From: a virus
Reading direction: 5' to 3' (one strand)
Virus record (IMG/VR): IMGVR_UViG_3300028892_001354
DNA length: 44,111 nt
Position numbers and translations under genes: made by a program. Below the pieces are notes generated by a model. That model ran no database searches. It was not told the origin of the DNA and saw nothing but the letters and a program-made list of their open reading frames with translations. Below, one piece after another: positions 26,434 through 34,754 of this stretch; positions within the stretch are counted from its first letter, which is position 1, and each line of letters begins with the position of its first letter.

Positions 26434-26598
26434 TTGAAAATAAGAGATTGGTTAATTAAAAAATTAGTTGGTAATAAACCAATTATTATGAATGTTACTT
26501 TAGTGTTAGATCAAGAAGTTAAGGCTGCGTCTCCAGTTGGAATTTATGATAAATGCAGCATTACTTATAGCGAAAGATTACAAAAGGAGATGAACTAA
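26434..26598 (+). CDS. Hypothetical 54-aa protein
   Basis: Below the track cutoff. RBS AGGAGGAA precedes the TTG at 26434. Stops 2 nt before the next gene. Confidence 0.5.
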   Translation: MKIRDWLIKKLVGNKPIIMNVTLVLDQEVKAASPVGIYDKCSITYSERLQKEMN

Positions 26599-26599
26599 T

Positions 26600-27106
26600 A
26601 TGAAAACAATTGAAGTGTATACAAATAACGGAAGTGAAAAATTAGTAGTGCAAACAGAAGAATATAATCCGGTGTTACTTAACCAACAACTAAACGATGG
26701 CGAGATTACTACTGTTCTAATTGGTGATAATATTTATGCTCGTTTTGACATCAAAAGAGTTACTGTTCAAACAGAACCTGCTAATACTTCTTCTAAGAAA
26801 GTAAAAGTATTATTAAAGAATGGACAAGCTGTAGAAGTTCCAGTAGATGAAGATTTTGACATGAAGTTTTTAAATGCACAATTAAATAGCGCTTCCGTAA
26901 CTACAGTTTTGATTGGACATAACATTTATCAAAAATTTGAAGTTTCACAGGTTTCTTTAATTAAAGAAGAACCTAAAGAACCAGAGCAACCGACAGACCC
27001 AATTGAACCACCAGTGACAGAACCGCCGACAACTGAAGAACCACCAGAAGGAACAGGCGAAGGTGGTACGACGGTTAGTCAAACGAAACCTAAAGAGCAG
27101 CAGTAA
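26600..27106 (+). CDS. Hypothetical protein with an internal duplicated ~45-aa domain and a Pro/Glu/Thr-rich tail
   Basis: LLNQQLNDGEITTVLIGDNIYARFDIKRV versus FLNAQLNSASVTTVLIGHNIYQKFEVSQV. Confidence 0.65.
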   Translation: MKTIEVYTNNGSEKLVVQTEEYNPVLLNQQLNDGEITTVLIGDNIYARFDIKRVTVQTEPANTSSKKVKVLLKNGQAVEVPVDEDFDMKFLNAQLNSASVTTVLIGHNIYQKFEVSQVSLIKEEPKEPEQPTDPIEPPVTEPPTTEEPPEGTGEGGTTVSQTKPKEQQ

Positions 27107-27138
27107 GCTGCTTTTTATTTTGGAAAGGAGGTGATTCT

Positions 27139-27627
27139 TTGGAACGCGTTCATGAAATTCTAAAGAGTATAAATATCATTAGTGTAATTACTTCTGCTCA
27201 ATTCAAAGAAGGTTCGCTAATAAGTGGTGGAGTTGGTACAATTCTAAGCCTACTATACGGAAAAACAAACCTAATTTGGATTTTCATTTTAATGCTGGTT
27301 GTATCATTAGATTGGATTACTGGTAGTAAAGCATCAAAACTTGATGGAACATATTCTTCACAATACGGAATTGAAGGCATCGCACGAACCGTGGTGCTTT
27401 TTTTGTTGCCTTGTTTAGCCCATATGTTCGATGTTGCCTTTAAATTACCAGATTTCTTCTTTTTTATGGTTACAGGCGGATTGTCTTATCACATTTTCAA
27501 TAGTTTCACAGCAAATTGTGTACGTGTTGGATGGGATAAATGGATTCCTACTAGGTTATTAGAAAGTGTATCTTCTGAAATTGAAGCGAAAATAAATCGC
27601 TCTAATTCAAGAAAAAGGAGGAAGTAA
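27139..27627 (+). CDS. Holin (phage_holin_4-like, multi-TM)
   Basis: Several TM segments. SLDWITGSKASKLDG...GIEGIARTVVLFLLP resembles the toxin-secretion/lysis holin family. Precedes the endolysin gene. Confidence 0.7.
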   Translation: MERVHEILKSINIISVITSAQFKEGSLISGGVGTILSLLYGKTNLIWIFILMLVVSLDWITGSKASKLDGTYSSQYGIEGIARTVVLFLLPCLAHMFDVAFKLPDFFFFMVTGGLSYHIFNSFTANCVRVGWDKWIPTRLLESVSSEIEAKINRSNSRKRRK

Positions 27628-27629
27628 CA

Positions 27630-27839
27630 ATGAAAGATAAATTTAAAAACCGTGGGTTATGGATAGCTCTATTTTCCTTGATAGGAATGGTGCTAATGGA
27701 TACGATTCCACACTTTAATGCAGGAAGATATCAAGAATACGTAAACATCATTCTAGTAATCTTAATCGCTGCAGGCGTTGTTTCTGACCCTACAAGCGGA
27801 AAATGGTTCACTGATAATAAAGACACACAAAACAAATAA
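27630..27839 (+). CDS. Second small holin/antiholin-like membrane protein (SPP1-holin-like)
   Basis: 69 aa, two TM segments, SDPTSGKWFTD motif. Confidence 0.6.
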   Translation: MKDKFKNRGLWIALFSLIGMVLMDTIPHFNAGRYQEYVNIILVILIAAGVVSDPTSGKWFTDNKDTQNK

Positions 27840-27920
27840 AAACATTGTACGAGCTTAAGAGCGCCTTTAAATGAGGTCGCTCTTTTATTTTTCAAATAAA
27901 AAGAAAAGAGGTAATTAAAT

Positions 27921-28754
27921 ATGGGACAAATTATCGATATTTCGAAATGGAATGCAGGTTCAATAAAATGGGATGTACTCGGTCCGCAATTAGATTTATG
28001 TATTTGCCGTGTACAATACGGTTCTAATATGATAGATCAATATTATAATGGATATGTAAAAGAATTAGAGAAACGAAATATTCCCCACGCTGCTTATGCA
28101 TATGGTTGTTTTGTAAGTGTAAATGATGCGATTAAAGAAGCAGATGACTTTATGGCTCGTGTTAGTCCTAATGCTAAATTCTTAGTTTTAGATACTGAAG
28201 ACGATACATTGAAATCATGTGGAGAGCAAAAGATAGCGGAAGCATCACAAGCCTTCATTAATCGTTGTAAGTCTAAAGGGTGGAAAGTTGGTTTTTATGT
28301 AAGTCACCACATGTATAATAAATACGGATTAAGCAATGTAAAAGCTGATTTCCTTTGGATTCCGCGATATGGCGGACCTAGACCTAAATACCCTTGCGAT
28401 ATTTGGCAATATGCAGACGGAGAAACAGGTGGATGGCTTGATGGAATCGGAAAGGTTGATTTAAATTCTTTAATTGGAAACAAATCTTTGTATTGGTTTA
28501 TCGGAAATGAACAACCTGTTTCTAATGGCGGTTATCAATATGTTAAATCTGGTGAATTCGGTGCTAACTTAATTGAAGAAGCTATCCAAGCGATGAACGA
28601 AAGAGGAACAAAGGGGAAAGTGATTGTTAATCCATTAACAGGTCTTGCTCATATCGAAACAGAGGTTTTACCTAATCCAGAATTAGACAAGATTACCTGG
28701 TGGATGGATACTAGACCTGAAGGTAAATGGTTTTACGAGTACTTTAAAAAATAA
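27921..28754 (+). CDS. Endolysin: GH25 muramidase with a C-terminal wall-binding region
   Basis: IIDISKWNAGSIKWDVL and LVLDTEDD (D-x-E) match GH25 signatures. Last gene of the late operon. Confidence 0.8.
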   Translation: MGQIIDISKWNAGSIKWDVLGPQLDLCICRVQYGSNMIDQYYNGYVKELEKRNIPHAAYAYGCFVSVNDAIKEADDFMARVSPNAKFLVLDTEDDTLKSCGEQKIAEASQAFINRCKSKGWKVGFYVSHHMYNKYGLSNVKADFLWIPRYGGPRPKYPCDIWQYADGETGGWLDGIGKVDLNSLIGNKSLYWFIGNEQPVSNGGYQYVKSGEFGANLIEEAIQAMNERGTKGKVIVNPLTGLAHIETEVLPNPELDKITWWMDTRPEGKWFYEYFKK

Positions 28755-28760
28755 ACAGTG

Positions 28761-28790
28761 AAAGCCGTCCTGTTGGGCGGCTTTTTTTAT
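28761..28790. terminator. Bidirectional rho-independent terminator between the endolysin and the leftward module
   Basis: AAAGCCGTCC-TGTT-GGGCGGCTTT flanked by an A run and a T run. Confidence 0.8.
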
Positions 28791-29024
28791 TTACATCCAA
28801 AAATCATCATAATGTACATCTTTATTAGTTAGCTTCTTCAATGTCTTTATAATCTTTTGTGCATTCTTCATGGTTGGTGAAAACTTATCTCCTTGGCATA
28901 CACGACTAATTGTGGACTTACTGACACCACTTCTTTCTGCTAATTCTTGTTGAGTAATTTTGTTTTTCTCCAGAAAATTGGAGAGCTTTGACTTTCTCCC
29001 TTTGCCAGATATAAGCCATCCCAT
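28791..29024 (-). CDS. XRE-family HTH regulator (77 aa)
   Basis: ITQQELAERSGVSKSTISRVCQG HTH. RBS GGAGTG precedes the ATG at 29024. Confidence 0.75.
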   Translation of the reverse strand: MGWLISGKGRKSKLSNFLEKNKITQQELAERSGVSKSTISRVCQGDKFSPTMKNAQKIIKTLKKLTNKDVHYDDFWM

Positions 29025-29111
29025 CGTAATCACTCCTGTTTCTAAGTTCTTAGTACAAGAGTGGGCAAAAATTTCATTTTTTAAACATCCCGAAAATAGG
29101 AATTTAAAACA

Positions 29112-29642
29112 TCATGAAAACCTACGTTTCAATAAGGAGAGCTTCTTTCCTGGTTCTTCAGCGTAATACTTCATGTAATCGCACATTAGAATATTAATCA
29201 GTTTATCCGCTGTGTAACCGTGTAAAGGGAATGAATGAGCCATATCAGAGAAAAACACTTCAATCCGTCTTAATGTTCTTCTATCAATCTTTACATCAAT
29301 CGTTCCATACCGTTCATCATTCTCATTAAATTCTAATTCGTAATCCGTATAGTGTTTCTTGCTCTCTAAAATTTGATATAGCTGTTCCATACTGTTCTTG
29401 GACCTTATATGTTCAAGAAAGTCTTCAACAAGTATTTCAGCTAGATCACTAGCATTACACTCATAATCCTCTTCTTCCATATCTTCGATAATAATATTCA
29501 TGCGGAATAAGTAAATTTTGAGCATCTTCACTTCAAAACGGTATTTCTCTTTTAATTTCCATTCGATTTTAGTTCGTTCCCACCAACTATCGGCACTCAT
29601 TAACTGTATTTCTTTTGTCATCACATCGTATTTACTGTACAT
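29112..29642 (-). CDS. Hypothetical acidic 176-aa protein
   Basis: RBS GAGAGGTGA precedes the ATG at 29642. No recognisable motif. Confidence 0.6.
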   Translation of the reverse strand: MYSKYDVMTKEIQLMSADSWWERTKIEWKLKEKYRFEVKMLKIYLFRMNIIIEDMEEEDYECNASDLAEILVEDFLEHIRSKNSMEQLYQILESKKHYTDYELEFNENDERYGTIDVKIDRRTLRRIEVFFSDMAHSFPLHGYTADKLINILMCDYMKYYAEEPGKKLSLLKRRFS

Positions 29643-29653
29643 GCTGTCACCTC

Positions 29654-30034
29654 TCACATTGTGCGTAATGCAAAGCATAAAATACGTGTTGCAGCTGCTC
29701 TTTGTGAAACTCCCCATTCAATCGCTAATTGGACAAGCTTATAATGTGTTTCCTGCTCCAATTTCGCATGGATGTACTTCTTAGTGTCTTTATATTCATA
29801 CGCATGTATTTCACTTATATAATCAATTCTGAGATGTTCTGTAATTAATTTGGACATATATTGTGTAGTAGTTATACTTTGTTGGAATGCTGAGGACCTT
29901 ATTAATTGTCTTTGTATTTCATTTACGGGGATTTTAACGTCTTTCTTTTTGTCAGAACGAATTTTACGAGGTTGTATGTTTGTTATTGTAGTAGATTTTT
30001 TTGAAGGATTAAACATTGGGTTAACATTACTCAT
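29654..30034 (-). CDS. Tandem ribbon-helix-helix DNA-binding protein
   Basis: Two beta-helix-helix units (VKIPVNEIQRQLIRSS...YMSKLITEHL and YIHAKLEQETHYKLVQLAIEWGVSQRAAATRIL). RBS AGAGGGGA. Confidence 0.55.
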   Translation of the reverse strand: MSNVNPMFNPSKKSTTITNIQPRKIRSDKKKDVKIPVNEIQRQLIRSSAFQQSITTTQYMSKLITEHLRIDYISEIHAYEYKDTKKYIHAKLEQETHYKLVQLAIEWGVSQRAAATRILCFALRTM

Positions 30035-30174
30035 GCTGCTCCCCTCTTTCAAAAATTAACCTCCTCTCTCTTGTTTATCTTAGGGACACTTTTCCATAAT
30101 TCCAATATTCCATGAAACAATGGTTGCAAGAGAGGAAGGAGGTTATATTTTTCTTAAATAACTATTGATTCATG

Positions 30175-30525
30175 TTATTCGTAATTAATCATACCTGCAA
30201 AGTCATCAAGATTAATCTCTTCTTTAACTTCTTTTACAGGTGTGTCTTCAACGCCTATCAAAGATTTAATAAATGCTTCAAGAGCTTTAACAGCCATTGG
30301 ATTAAGTAATTGCTCTTTTTCATCTGTTGTTAATGAAAAACCAAGAGGTATAGTGATTTCTGTGTGATTATCCTTCTTGGCTTCCTTGTCTAATATCCAA
30401 TAAACAAGTTTATTTCTTGAAATATCTCTGTTTTTATTCAAAAAATCTAAGGTTTGTTGTTCTGCATCAACTGGAACTTTAACAGTAAAAGTTTTACCAG
30501 GCTGAACATCTTTTATTTTTTTCAT
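30175..30525 (-). CDS. ParR-like centromere-binding adaptor
   Basis: Small protein immediately downstream of the actin-like ATPase in the same operon. N-terminal beta-strand KTFTVKVPVD is RHH-like. Confidence 0.55.
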   Translation of the reverse strand: MKKIKDVQPGKTFTVKVPVDAEQQTLDFLNKNRDISRNKLVYWILDKEAKKDNHTEITIPLGFSLTTDEKEQLLNPMAVKALEAFIKSLIGVEDTPVKEVKEEINLDDFAGMINYE

Positions 30526-30537
30526 GTATACCACCCA

Positions 30538-31644
30538 CTAATTAAGGCTTAATTCCTTCTGTTTGGCGATAACCAGTAATAACTTATAGTAAGCTTTAGC
30601 AATACTCCAAATGCTTTCTTCTGTATCTAAGAAGTGCATCTCGAATTGATTTTCATTTTTGTTGATATCTTCTAAAAATGATTTAACAATTGCTGCTGAA
30701 CCACCAACATTATGAATACTGTGTAAATCTCCAACTTCTTTCCATTTATCCACTAAATCAGCGTATTCTCTTACGGCAAATTCTTTTAAATGTTTCTCTG
30801 CAATTTCATAATAAGAAACTGGTTTACCATGCGGCCTAATAATATAAGCTTCATGTTTTGCAGTCATATTTTCAACAAGTTGCCTTCTTGATTTAAATAC
30901 ATCTACACGATAAGTAGTAAATACTTCTTTACGAATTGCATCTAAATACTCACCTATGCCTAAAGGGGAACCACTAGAATATTCGTTGTCAATTTGCCCC
31001 ATACGAATTACTGCTTTGTCAGTAGTGTTACCACCCATATCATTAATTAAGATGTTCTTTTGTCTTAACTCCGAATTTTGAGGCTTTAAATCTTCGCTGA
31101 TTGTTAAATTAATCATTGCTGCGAATCCTTCAACGTTTACAAAGATATCTTTAAACGAGATACGTACTTTTTTTCCTTCTAAATGAGGTGTTTTCTTAAA
31201 TTCAACAACATGAGTACCATCTAAAAGTTTTTTCTTAAACCCAGCGCGTTTTTCTTCTTTAACTTCGTCAACTGGAAGACCAGTAGATAGTAAGAATTCT
31301 GCATCAATTATATTTTTATCACTATTAGAAGCTGCTTCATAAGCTAATGCAGTTAACATTAAGATAGTTGTTTGGTCTGATTCGCTTTTTAAATCAGTAG
31401 CAGGAATTTGAGCGCTTTGTTTTTCCTTAGCAGCAAGAGTACCTACTGCATATGTTGCTGATTTTTTTAATGCTGAGGATGTGATATGTACATGCAATTC
31501 CTTTAATGGATCGTCACCTAATTCGATCACTTGTCTAGATTCCATTTCTTTAACCACGTTAGGAATGTATAATTTGTTTTCAAATCCATTAAACAAAGCT
31601 TTTAAAGCATCGTTTCCGGCATCAATAGCGGCTGTTATTAACAT
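30538..31644 (-). CDS. Actin-like plasmid segregation ATPase (ParM/Alp family)
   Basis: Phosphate-1 IDAGNDALK, phosphate-2 NDMGGNTTD, adenosine motif NVGGSAAIV. The ATG at 31644 is better spaced from the RBS GGGAGAG than the ATG at 31650. Confidence 0.85.
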   Translation of the reverse strand: MLITAAIDAGNDALKALFNGFENKLYIPNVVKEMESRQVIELGDDPLKELHVHITSSALKKSATYAVGTLAAKEKQSAQIPATDLKSESDQTTILMLTALAYEAASNSDKNIIDAEFLLSTGLPVDEVKEEKRAGFKKKLLDGTHVVEFKKTPHLEGKKVRISFKDIFVNVEGFAAMINLTISEDLKPQNSELRQKNILINDMGGNTTDKAVIRMGQIDNEYSSGSPLGIGEYLDAIRKEVFTTYRVDVFKSRRQLVENMTAKHEAYIIRPHGKPVSYYEIAEKHLKEFAVREYADLVDKWKEVGDLHSIHNVGGSAAIVKSFLEDINKNENQFEMHFLDTEESIWSIAKAYYKLLLVIAKQKELSLN

Positions 31645-31681
31645 TTTCATCTCTCCCTTTATTAATCAATATACCTAAATA

Positions 31682-31852
31682 GTAACACTAAGGTGTTACC
31701 TTTTCAATACATAGTATTACTTTGGTGACACCTTTATGACTAACACCTTATAAAAGCACTAAACTTATTAACCCTAATCGTATTACTGTGACACCTTTAT
31801 GACTAACACCTTATAAAAGCACTAAACTTATTAACCCTAATCGTATTACTGT
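31682..31852. repeat. parC-like centromere: 18-bp palindrome plus 2.1 tandem copies of a 63-bp unit
   Basis: GTAACAC-TAAG-GTGTTAC at 31682-31699. Identical 63-bp units at 31725-31787 and 31788-31850. Six (T/G)(A/G)ACAC(C/T) half-sites. Directly upstream of the parM-like operon. Confidence 0.8.
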
Positions 31853-31988
31853 TTGCCATTCCATATACTTGGCAAACGTGCTCCTATATATTCAGAAAAA
31901 CACTTATAGCGAGGTAGGGAAGGCATAGGCTTGTCCTCCCTAAAATTCTTTAAAATCCCTTATATACTGAGTTTTTAAAAATATAAAA

Positions 31989-32009
31989 TTAATACGGTAT
32001 GTGAAATTT
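31989..32009 (-). promoter_or_regulatory. 21-bp motif AAATTTCACATACCGTATTAA (copy B, on the minus strand), upstream of parC/parM
   Basis: Exact reverse complement of 1915..1935. Confidence 0.5.
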
Positions 32010-32079
32010 AAACAACCTAACACATTATTTTTCACGGAAGAAAATCTATTTTTAAAATAGCTAAAATAGCAACCACGAG

Positions 32080-32733
32080 CTATTGTTCATTTGCATAACC
32101 TAATTCAAATGAATAATATTTTTCTAAGGACGCTGCAGCCCCTACATAAGTTAAAATCAAAGGAACTTCTTCTAACGATTGGTAATTAATAGTTTTTAAA
32201 TTTGTCTTTTTTCTCTCTAATTGTATAGTCTTTATATTTACACCTAGTTGTTCATGTAAATGCTCGTTAATACGACGTAATATAGGTTCAGATCCATAAA
32301 TTCTTAATCGTGCTGAGAAATATGGGCCACGTCTACCTTTAGTCTTCTTTCTATTCAAATCATGACGATATCCAATATACGCTTTTATAAAAGCAGAATC
32401 ATTAAATTCTCCTCGAGGGTACTCACGCTCATAACGAGAACCAGATTCCCATCCCATTTTTATTATCTCTTGTATAAATGGATGTTTTAATCCCACGGAG
32501 CAATACCATTCTGATGAATTCCGCTCCTTTTCTTCACTAGTACGAACTACACTATTAATCAATGTTGAAAATTCATATACAAGTTCATAAGAGTTATCTT
32601 GAAAAATAAAACTCCCAGAGCTTTCATGTCCATTTCTCCATACGAATGCTAACGCCTTTGCAAATTCATCTGACTTCCTAAATTCATTGAACCACTTTTG
32701 TTCTGACGTTTGTACAACTAACGATTTACGCAT
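32080..32733 (-). CDS. Hypothetical protein, possibly a degenerate LAGLIDADG-like fold
   Basis: Two pseudo-repeats (ALAFVWRNGHESSGSFIF and FIKAYIGYRHDL...ARLRIYGSEPILRRINEHL) resemble LAGLIDADG helices and strands but lack clear acidic catalytic residues. Confidence 0.3.
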   Translation of the reverse strand: MRKSLVVQTSEQKWFNEFRKSDEFAKALAFVWRNGHESSGSFIFQDNSYELVYEFSTLINSVVRTSEEKERNSSEWYCSVGLKHPFIQEIIKMGWESGSRYEREYPRGEFNDSAFIKAYIGYRHDLNRKKTKGRRGPYFSARLRIYGSEPILRRINEHLHEQLGVNIKTIQLERKKTNLKTINYQSLEEVPLILTYVGAAASLEKYYSFELGYANEQ

Positions 32734-32771
32734 ATTCTAATCCCCCTGTGAAGAACTAATCTTATATATTT

Positions 32772-33914
32772 TTATTGTTCTAACCAGTTATAGAATAAAA
32801 GAGTACCTTCAAATTTTGTTTTATTTTCATGAATAAATGATTTTGCCAATTCAACAGTGTTTTCTCTTTCGATAACCATTGTAAGTCGTCCGGCGTAATA
32901 TATAGCAGGAACTTGAATAGGATCTGATGTTTGACTACGTTCATGTATATCTTGTAAGAATTCACTAATTGACTTGTCCACTTGATTCATAGTTCCAATA
33001 CGTACATCTTTGTTTTGCAATGTCTTTAATACATCAAGAAATTCGCTTCGTTTTGTAAATACATTTTTTTCTTTTAATCTTTCAACAACAGATTGATAGA
33101 ATAAATGAGACATTTGATTTATATATTCTTCTTCCTCGTCATTTTCTAAATCTAGAGCATCCACTATATTATGTAATTTATCTAATTTAGAAGAAGAGGA
33201 ATAATTACTCTTTGCTGTATTCTGTGTGGGAGTCTCTGTGGAATTCTCTGTTAAAGATTTAACGGATTCGTTAGAGCTAATTCCCGATTCAGTGATAGCA
33301 TTTTCACTATTTGGTATTTCCGTTTTAACGGATTCGTTAAAACCATTGTTTTCAATACTTTCTGGTGTAATTTCGTTTTCACCATTTGGTAAAAACGATG
33401 AGCCTAAAGGGTTTGCAGGTAATAATGGTTCTTGGAATGAATATTGCTGCTGATCCTGATTTTTTTTATTTTCTTCTGCTTGTTTTTCTTTTTCTTTTTG
33501 TAATTGACGTTCATATTCTTCGCGAACTTTTTTGTTTAAAAGTTTTAAAAATACATCTGTATGTAAGTGTATATGGACCATAGGGTCACCATTAAACTTA
33601 TACACTTTTTTAGTTATGATTTTTTGGTCTACTAAAATCTTGCTAGCACGATCAAACTGACGAGGGCCAATTCGAATTTCATCCCACCAATCTGTACGAC
33701 CTTTAGCCAACCATAATTTTTTATCTTTCCAGATACGTAGCTTTGTAATGTTAGTGTCTTTAGATGGCAGATGCCAATAAACAATTTGGGATAGTAATAA
33801 ACCTGCGACAACATCTTCATCAGCCACGTCTACATATACTTTTTTGAAATCAATAGTATCGGTTGTTGCACGTTCCCACATTAAAAATTCTTGAAAGTTA
33901 TTAAATCCGTTCAT
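32772..33914 (-). CDS. Putative replication initiator (Rep) with a low-complexity central linker
   Basis: Adjacent to an AT-rich region with DnaA boxes and upstream of the par operon. N-terminal domain VAGLLLSQIVYWHLP...WWDEIRIGPRQFDRASKIL looks like a winged-helix replication-organizer. RBS GGAGGA precedes the ATG at 33914. Confidence 0.55.
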   Translation of the reverse strand: MNGFNNFQEFLMWERATTDTIDFKKVYVDVADEDVVAGLLLSQIVYWHLPSKDTNITKLRIWKDKKLWLAKGRTDWWDEIRIGPRQFDRASKILVDQKIITKKVYKFNGDPMVHIHLHTDVFLKLLNKKVREEYERQLQKEKEKQAEENKKNQDQQQYSFQEPLLPANPLGSSFLPNGENEITPESIENNGFNESVKTEIPNSENAITESGISSNESVKSLTENSTETPTQNTAKSNYSSSSKLDKLHNIVDALDLENDEEEEYINQMSHLFYQSVVERLKEKNVFTKRSEFLDVLKTLQNKDVRIGTMNQVDKSISEFLQDIHERSQTSDPIQVPAIYYAGRLTMVIERENTVELAKSFIHENKTKFEGTLLFYNWLEQ

Positions 33915-34146
33915 AAAAAAATCCTCCAATTTTTTACCCCGACTAAAAAATGGGTATAAGAAATTAGAGGATTGTTATTCATATTTTTTTATGCTATCAT
34001 ATTAATAGAAATAGCACTTTTGAATATGTGATAACAAACCTCGTGTTCCAATTTTCATCGGTTGTAGTAGGCGGCCAAACTTACAGAACCTTTGAAAATT
34101 TCGTCGGGGTTTTTTTATTTTTATAATTTATATGAAAAATTTACAT

Positions 34147-34176
34147 TTGCAATTTATATATCTACCACTTTATGAT
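34147..34176 (+). promoter_or_regulatory. Candidate sigma-A promoter (TTGCAA-18-TATGAT) for a short + strand RNA in the origin region
   Basis: Hexamers at 34147-34152 and 34171-34176. A strong terminator lies ~40 nt downstream and there is no ORF between them. Confidence 0.35.
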
Positions 34177-34183
34177 AGCAGAA

Positions 34184-34242
34184 CTTTGTTGAAAAAAGAA
34201 GAGTAAAAGCGAAGACCGTCAAATAATTGACGGTCTTTTTTG
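34184..34242 (+). ncRNA. Candidate ~60-nt small RNA (possible copy-control countertranscript)
   Basis: Bounded by the candidate promoter and the terminator AAGACCGTCAA-ATAA-TTGACGGTCTT plus T6 (34212-34242). No + strand CDS is upstream to terminate. Confidence 0.35.
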
Positions 34243-34264
34243 TGGATAAGTAAGGTTATCCACA
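34241..34264. promoter_or_regulatory. Two perfect DnaA boxes in inverted orientation (TGTGGATAA ... TTATCCACA)
   Basis: Exact 9/9 matches to the TTATCCACA consensus at 34241-34249 (complement) and 34256-34264. Next to an AT-rich stretch at 34105-34165. Confidence 0.6.
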
Positions 34265-34380
34265 GCGTTGAATGAATAAATAAAAAGAGAGAGCAATTCG
34301 CTCCCTTACCACAATTGGTAAAATTATGTAAAATTTTACCACTGGTCAATGGAAAAGATTTCTTTTATTATGAAATCAAA

Positions 34381-34725
34381 TCACAGTATTTCGTGGTTCT
34401 CACCTAAGAATCGTACATAATGGTCAAGCTGTTTACAAAAGTTCTCTTTTTGGATTTCAGAAAGCGCTGCATACGTTTTTTGAACACCAAATAGAGTATT
34501 ATGTAGCATTTCATCATCTGTAGCGTCAGTTCGCCCAGTAAGCACATCTAATGTTACGTTGAAATAGGAGGCGAGACGAAACAACGTCGCAAGATCTGGC
34601 TCAGAAAAACTATTTTCATAATTGTTGATTTGGCTTCTGCTGAGATTAAGGTCGTGTGCTAAATCCGCTTGTCTTAACGAACGACTTTTTCTAAGTTTTT
34701 TTAAAGTATCACCTAAAGTTTTCAT
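34381..34725 (-). CDS. XRE-family HTH repressor (114 aa)
   Basis: LRQADLAHDLNLSRSQINNYENS HTH. The ATG at 34725 (MKTLGDT) is preferred over the longer track ORF. Divergent from aimR. Confidence 0.8.
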   Translation of the reverse strand: MKTLGDTLKKLRKSRSLRQADLAHDLNLSRSQINNYENSFSEPDLATLFRLASYFNVTLDVLTGRTDATDDEMLHNTLFGVQKTYAALSEIQKENFCKQLDHYVRFLGENHEIL

Positions 34726-34754
34726 ACTATTAGTATAGTTACTGTAATATCTAT

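Noticed and set aside
31846-31926. 26-aa minus-strand micro-ORF with a strong GGGAGGA RBS between the 21-bp motif and parC
   Set aside because: - It is too short to support from sequence alone and runs into the parC repeat.
- The RBS-like sequence is also one arm of a hairpin (TAGGGAAGG/CCTCCCTA).
1935-31989. The 21-bp inverted motif pair as crossover sites for the serine recombinase, which would invert a 30-kb segment
   Set aside because: - The motif bears no resemblance to the GTCTCAAAA-type repeats next to the recombinase gene.
- Inverting two-thirds of a circular genome has no obvious regulatory consequence.
- A shared regulator-binding site is more parsimonious.
34138-34154. 17-mer AATTTACATTTGCAATT repeated at 39452-39468, with a similar TTTACATTTTGCAA at 37482
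   Set aside because: - About 0.4 exact 17-mer repeats are expected by chance at this AT-rich composition.
- Only the 37482 copy forms a convincing promoter.
- The motif is worth re-checking by motif search, but it is not supportable as a feature.
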